The notes under the pieces are model-generated. The model saw only the letters and a list, made by a program, of their open reading frames with translations. It was not told the DNA's origin and searched no databases. Of a stretch of 64,000 nucleotides of DNA, positions 57,200-64,000 are shown in pieces. Source of the DNA: Macrostomum lignano (taxonomy: Eukaryota). The stretch spans positions 186,001 through 250,000 of the forward strand of contig NIVC01001126.1 in the NCBI GenBank assembly GCA_002269645.1, given 5' to 3'. Positions within the stretch are counted from its first letter, which is position 1, and every line of letters starts with the position of its first letter. Made by a program: the position numbers and the translations under genes.

Positions 57200-60100
57200 T
57201 ACTGACGTTGCAGGTGTCTTACTGATGTTGCAGGTGTCTTACTGATGTTGCAGGTGTCTTACTGATGTTGCAGGTGTCTTACTGACGTAGCAGGTGTCTT
57301 ACTGATTTTGCATGCGTCTTACTGATGTTGCATTGTCTTACGTACTGACGTTGCAGGTGTCTTACTGATGTTGCAGGTGTCTTACTGATGTTGCATTGTC
57401 TTACGTACTGACGTTGCAGGTGTCTTACTGATGTTGCAGGTGTCTTACTGATGTTGCAGGTGTCTTACTGATGTTGCATTGTCTTACGTACTGACGTTGC
57501 AGGTGTCTTACTGATGCTGCAGGTGTCTTACTGATGTTGCAGGTGTCTTACGAACTGATGTTGCAGGTGTCTTACGTACTGATGTTGCAGGTGTTTTACT
57601 GATGTTGCAGGTGTCTTACTGATGTTGCAGGTGTCTTACTGATGTTGCATTGTCTTACGTACTGATGTTGCATGTGTCTTACGTACTGATGTTGCAGGTG
57701 TCTTACGTACTGACGTTGCAGGTGTCTTACTGATGTTGCAGGTGTCTTACTGATGTTGCATTGTCTTACGTACTGACGTTGCAGGTGTCTTACTGATGCT
57801 GCAGGTGTCTTACTGATGTTGCAGGTGTCTTACGAACTGATGTTGCAGGTGTCTTACGTACTGATGTTGCAGGTGTCTTACTGATGTTGCAGGTGTCTTA
57901 TTGATGTTGCAGGTGTCTTACTGATGTTGCATGTATCTTACGTACTGATGTTGCAGGTGTTTTACTGACGTTGCAGGTGTCTTACTGATGTTGCAGGTGT
58001 CTTACTGATGTTGCAGGTGTCTTACTGATGTTGCAGGTGTCTTATGTACTGATGTTGCAGGTGTCTTACTGATGTTGCAGGTGTCTTACTGATGTTGCAT
58101 TGTCTTACGTACTGATGTTGCAGGTGTCTTACGTACTGATGTTGCAGGTGTCTTACTGATGTTGCAGGTGTCTTATGTACTGATGTTGCATGTGTCTTAC
58201 TGATGCTGCAAGTGTTTTACTGATGTTGCCGGTGTCTTACTGATGCTGCAGGTGTCTTACTGATGTTGCAGGTGTCTTACTGATGTTGCAGGTGTCTTAC
58301 TGATGTTGCAGGTGTCTTACTGATGTTGCAGGTGTCTTACTGATGTTGCAGGTGTCTTATGTACTGATGTTGCAGGTGTCTTACTGATGCTGCAGGTGTC
58401 TTACTGATGTTGCAGGTGTCTTACGAACTGATGTTGCAGGTGTCTTACGTACTGATGTTGCAGGTGTTTTACTGATGTTGCAGGTGTCTTACTGATGTTG
58501 CAGGTGTCTTACTGATGTTGCATTGTCTTACGTACTGATGTTGCATGTGTCTTACGTACTGATGTTGCAGGTGTCTTACGTACTGACGTTGCAGGTGTCT
58601 TACTGATGCTGCAGGTGTCTTACTGATGTTGCAGGTGTCTTACGAACTGATGTTGCAGGTGTCTTACGTACTGATGTTGCAGGTGTCTTACTGATGTTGC
58701 AGGTGTCTTACTGATGTTGCAGGTGTCTTACTGATGTTGCATGTATCTTACGTACTGATGTTGCAGGTGTTTTACTGACGTTGCAGGTGTCTTACTGATG
58801 TTGCAGGTGTCTTACTGATGTTGCAGGTGTCTTACTGATGTTGCAGGTGTCTTATGTACTGATGTTGCAGGTGTCTTACTGATGTTGCAGGTGTCTTACT
58901 GATGTTGCATTGTCTTACGTACTGATGTTGCAGGTGTCTTACGTACTGATGTTGCAGGTGTCTTACTGATGTTGCAGGTGTCTTATGTACTGATGTTGCA
59001 TGTGTCTTACTGATGCTGCAAGTGTCTTACTGATGTTGCCGGTGTCTTACTGATGCTGCAGGTGTCTTACTGATGTTGCAGGTGTCTTACTGATGTTGCA
59101 GATGTCTTACTGATGTTGCAGGTGTCTTACTGATGTTGCAGGTGTCTTATGTACTGATGTTGCAGGTGTCTTACTGATGTTGCAGGTGTCTTACTGATGT
59201 TGCATTGTCTTACGTACTGATGTTGCAGGTGTCTTACGTACTGATGTTGCAGGTGTCTTACTGATGTTGCAGGTGTCTTATGTACTGATGTTGCATGTGT
59301 CTTACTGATGCTGCAGGTGTCTTACTGATGTTGCAGGTGTCTTACTGATGTTGCAGGTGTCTTACTGATGTTGCAGGTGTCTTACGTACTGATGTTGCAG
59401 GTGTCTTACTGATGTTGCAGGTGTCTTACTGATGCTGCAGGTGTCTTACTGATGTTGCAGGTGTCTTACTGATGTTGCAGGTGTCTTACGTACTGATGTT
59501 GCAGGTGTCTTACTGATGCTGCAGGTGTCTTACTGATGTTGCATGTGTCTTACGTACTGACGTTGCAGGTGTCTTACTGATGTTGCAGGTGTCTTACTGA
59601 TGTTGCATGTCTTACTGATGTTGCAGGTGTCTTACTGACGTGCAGGTGTCTTACTGATGTTGCATGTCTTACTGATGTTGCATGTCTTACGTACTGATGT
59701 TGCAGGTGTCTTACGTACTGTTGCAGGTGTCTTACTGATGTTGCATGTCTTACTGATGTTGCAGGTGTCTTACTGATGTTGCAGGTGTCTTACTGATGTT
59801 GCAGGTGTCTTACTGATGTTGCAGGTGTCTTACGTACTGATGTTGCAGGTGTCTTACTGATGTTGCAGGTGTCTTACTGATGTTGCATTGTCTTACGTAC
59901 TGACGTTGCAGGTGTCTTACTGATGCTGCAGGTGTCTTACTGATGTTGCAGGTGTCTTACTGATGTTGCATGTGTCTTACTGATGTTGCATGTGTCTTAC
60001 GTACTGACGTTGCAGGTGTCTTACTGATGTTGCAGGTGTCTTACTGATGTTGCATTGTCTTACGTACTGACGTTGCAGGTGTCTTACTGATGCTGCAGGT

Positions 60101-63100
60101 GTCTTACTGATGTTGCAGGTGTCTTACGAACTGATGTTGCAGGTGTTTTACTGATGTTGCAGGTGTCTTACGAACTGATGTTGCAGGTGTCTTACTGATG
60201 TTGCATTGTCTTACGTACTGATGTTGCATGTGTCTTACGTACTGACGTTGCAGGTGTCTTACTGATGTTGCAGGTGTCTTACTGATGTTGCATTGTCTTA
60301 CGTACTGACGTTGCAGGTGTCTTACTGATGTTGCAGGTGTCTTACTGATGTTGCATTGTCTTACGTACTGACGTTGCAGGTGTCTTACTGATGCTGCAGG
60401 TGTCTTACTGATGTTGCAGGTGTCTTACGAACTGATGTTGCAGGTGTCTTACGTACTGATGTTGCAGGTGTTTTACTGATGTTGCAGGTGTCTTACTGAT
60501 GTTGCAGGTGTCTTACTGATGTTGCATTGTCTTACGTACTGACGTTGCAGGTGTCTTACTGATGTTGCAGGTGTCTTACTGATGTTGCATTGTCTTACGT
60601 ACTGACGTTGCAGGTGTCTTACGTACTGATGCTGCAGGTGTCTTACGTACTGATGTTGCAGGTGTCTTACGTACTGATGCTGCAGGTGTCTTACTGATGT
60701 TGCAGGTGTCTTACTGATGTTGCATGTGTCTTACTGATGTTGCATGTGTCTTACGTACTGACGTTGCAGGTGTCTTACTGATGTTGCAGGTGTCTTACTG
60801 ATGTTGCATTGTCTTACGTACTGACGTTGCAGGTGTCTTACTGATGCTGCAGGTGTCTTACTGATGTTGCAGGTGTCTTACGAACTGATGTTGCAGGTGT
60901 CTTACGTACTGATGTTGCAGGTGTTTTACTGATGTTGCAGGTGTCTTACTGATGTTGCAGGTGTCTTACGAACTGATGTTGCAGGTGTCTTACTGATGTT
61001 GCATGTATCTTACGTACTGATGTTGCAGGTGTTTTACTGATGCTGCAGGTGTCTTACTGATGTTGCAGGTGTCTTACTGATGTTGCAGGTGTCTTACTGA
61101 TGTTGCAGGTGTCTTACTGATGTTGCATGTGTCTTACGTACTGACGTTGCAGGTGTCTTACTGATGTTGCAGGTGTCTTACTGATGTTGCAGGTGTCTTA
61201 CGTATGGTGCAGGTGTCTTACTGATGTTGCAGGTGTCTTACTGATGCTGCAGGTGTCTTACGTACTGATGTTGCAGGTGTCTTACTGATGTTGCAGGTGT
61301 CTTACTGATGTTGCAGGTGTCTTACTGATGTTGCAGGTGTCTTACTGATGTTGCAGGTGTCTTACTGATGTTGCATTGTCTTACGTACTGATGTTGCAGG
61401 TGTCTTACTGATGCTGCAGGTGTCTTACTGATGTTGCAGGTGTCTTACTGATGTTGCAGGTGTCTTACTGATGTTGTGTCTTACTGATGTTGCAGGTGTC
61501 TTACTGATGTTGCATGTCTTACTACTGATGTTGCAGTGTCTTACTGATGCTGCAGGTGTCTTACTGATGTTGCAGGTGTCTTACTGATGTTGCCGGTGTC
61601 TTACTGATGTTGCAGGTGTCTTACTGATGTTGCATTGTCTTACGTACTGACGTTGCAAGTGTCTTACTGATGTTGCAGGTGTCTTACTGATGCTGCAGGT
61701 GTCTTACGTACTGGTGTTGCAGGTGTCTTACTGATGCTGCAGTGTCTTACTGATGTTGCAGGTGTCTTACTGATGTGCAGGTGTCTTACGTATGTGTTGC
61801 AGGTGTCTTACTGATGTTGCAGGTGTCTTACTGATGCTGCAAGTGTCTTACTGATGCTGCAGGTGTCTGATGTTGCAGGTGTCTTACGTACTGATGTTGC
61901 AGGTGTCTTACTGATGCTGCAGTGTCTTACTGATGTTGCAGGTGTCTTACTGATGTTGCAGGTGTCTTACGTACTGTGTTGCAGGTGTCTTACTGATGTT
62001 GCATGTCTTACTGACGTACTGATGTTGCAGTGTCTTACTGATGCTGCAGGTGTCTTACTGATGTTGCAGGTGTCTTACGTACTGATGTTGCAGGTGTCTT
62101 ACTGATGCTGCAGGTGTCTTACTGATGTTGCAGGTGTCTTACTGATGCTGCAGGTGTCTTACGACTGTGTTGCAGGTGTCTTACTGATGTTGCAGGTGTC
62201 TTACTGATGTTGCAGGTGTCTTACTGATGTTGCAGGTGTCTTACTGATGTTGCATGTCTTACGTACTGATGTTGCAGGTGTCTTACTGATGCTGCAGGTG
62301 TCTTACTGATGTTGCAGGTGTCTTACTGATGTTGCAGGTGTCTTACTGATGTTGCAGGTGTCTTACTGATGTTGCAGGTGTCTTACGTACTGATGTTGCA
62401 GGTGTCTTACTGATGTTGCAGGTGTCTTACTGATGCTGCAGGTGTCGTACTGATGTGCAGGTGTCTTACGTACTGATGTTGCAGGTGTCTTACTGATGTT
62501 GCAGGTGTCTTACTGATGTTGCAGGTGTCTTACTGATGTTGCAGGTGTCTTACTGATGTTGCAGGTGTCTTACGTACTGATGTTGCAGGTGTCTTTACTG
62601 ATGTTGCAGGTGTCTTACTGATGTTGCAGGTGTCTTACTGATGTTGCAGGTGTCTTACTGATGTTGCATGTCTTACGTACTGATGTTGCAGGTGTCTTAC
62701 TGATGTTGCAGGTGTCTTACTGATGTTGCAGGTGTCTTACTGATGCTGCAGGTGTCTTACTGATGTTGCAGGTGTCTTACTGATGTTGCAGGTGTCTTAC
62801 GACTGCTTGCAGGTGTCTTACTGATGTTGCAGGTGTCTTACTGATGTTGCAGGTGTCTTACTGATGTTGCAGGTGTCTTACTGATGTTGCAGGTGTCTTA
62901 CTGATGTTGCGGTGTCTTACGTACTGATGTTGCAGGTGTCTTACTGATGTTGCAGGTGTCTTACTGATGTTGCAGGTGTCTTACTGATGTTGCATGTGTC
63001 TTACGTACTGACGTTGCAGGTGTCTTACTGATGTTGCAGGTGTCTTACTGATGTTGCAGGTGTCTTACTGATGCTGCAGGTGTCTTACGTACTGGTGTTG

Positions 63101-64000
63101 CAGGTGACTTACTGATGTTGCAGGTGTCTTACTGATGCTGCAAGTGTCTTACTGATGTTGCAGGTGTCTTACTGATGTTGCATTGTCTTACGTACTGATG
63201 TTGCAGGTGTCTTACTGATGCTGCAGGTGTCTTACTGATGTTGCAGGTGTCTTACTGATGTTGCAGGTGTCTTACTGATGTTGCCGGTGTCTTACTGATG
63301 TTGCAGGTGTCTTACTGATGTTGCATTGTCTTACGTACTGATGTTGCAGGTGTCTTACTGATGCTGCAGGTGTCTTACTGATGTTGCAGGTGTCTTACTG
63401 ATGTTGCCGGTGTTGCAGGTGTCTGATGTACTGACGTTGCAAGTGTCTTACTGATGTTGCAGGTGTCTTACTGATGCTGCAGGTGTCTTACGTACTGGTG
63501 TTGCAGGTGTCTTACTGATGTTGCAGGTGTCTTACTGATGCTGCAGGTGTCTTACTGATGTTGCCGGTGTCTTACTGATGTTGCAGGTGTCTTACTGATG
63601 TTGCATTGTCTTACTGAAGTGTGCTGCAGGTGTCTTACTGATGTTGCAGGTGTCTTACGTACTGGTGTTGCAGGTGTCTTACTGATGCTGCAAGTGTCTT
63701 ACTGATGTTGCAGGTGTCTTACTGATGCTGCAGGTGTCTTACGTACTGGTGTTGCAGGTGTCTTACTGATGTTGCAGGTGTCTTACTGATGCTGCAAGTG
63801 TCTTATTGATGCTGCAGGTGTTTTACTGATGTTGCATTGTCTTACGTACTGATGTTGCAGGTGTCTTACTGATGCTGCAGGTGTCTTACTGATGTTGCAG
63901 GTGTCTTACGTACTGATGTTGCAGGTGTCTTACTGATGTTGCAGGTGTCTTACTGATGTTGCATTGTCTTACGTACTGATGTTGCAGGTGTCTTACGTAC
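57200..64000. repeat. Satellite array, 20-bp unit (tgatgttgcaggtgtcttac) with 24-bp +gtac variants, running off the window end
   Basis: At least 6.8 kb. An 810-bp higher-order repeat is shown by variants at 57931/58741 and 58201/59011. Confidence 0.97.

Overview
Eukaryotic (animal) genomic DNA, very rich in repeats. GC-rich exons with GT..AG introns sit between many unrelated minisatellite arrays. This style suggests a free-living flatworm such as Macrostomum, which is inference only. Genes I reconstructed by hand with phase-consistent splice junctions: a 3-exon C2orf50/CIMIP5-like gene (+, 6088-7332); a 10-exon divergent PP2A scaffold (A/PR65) paralogue (-, 11166-19548); a single-exon secreted PAN + C-type lectin (-, 35171-35923); a DEG/ENaC channel (-, 43881-56682); and a signal-PAN-fibrinogen gene nested in the channel's first intron, carrying one in-frame TAA. 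Mobile DNA: an RTE-like LINE fragment, a 7.5-kb Mutator-type element (214-bp TIRs, 9-bp TSD), a small TIR element, a decayed Ngaro/DIRS tyrosine-recombinase retroelement, a very young Mag-type Ty3/Gypsy element (identical LTRs, 5-bp TSD) and two tRNA-derived SINE families. A 20-bp satellite fills the last 6.8 kb. Main finding: six extra exons (48227-51605) encode kringle(N-half)-WSC-kringle(C-half)-kringle. They splice in frame between channel exons on both sides, predicting a ~1,050-aa DEG/ENaC with a 384-aa lectin/kringle insert in its finger domain, in which a WSC domain splits a kringle.
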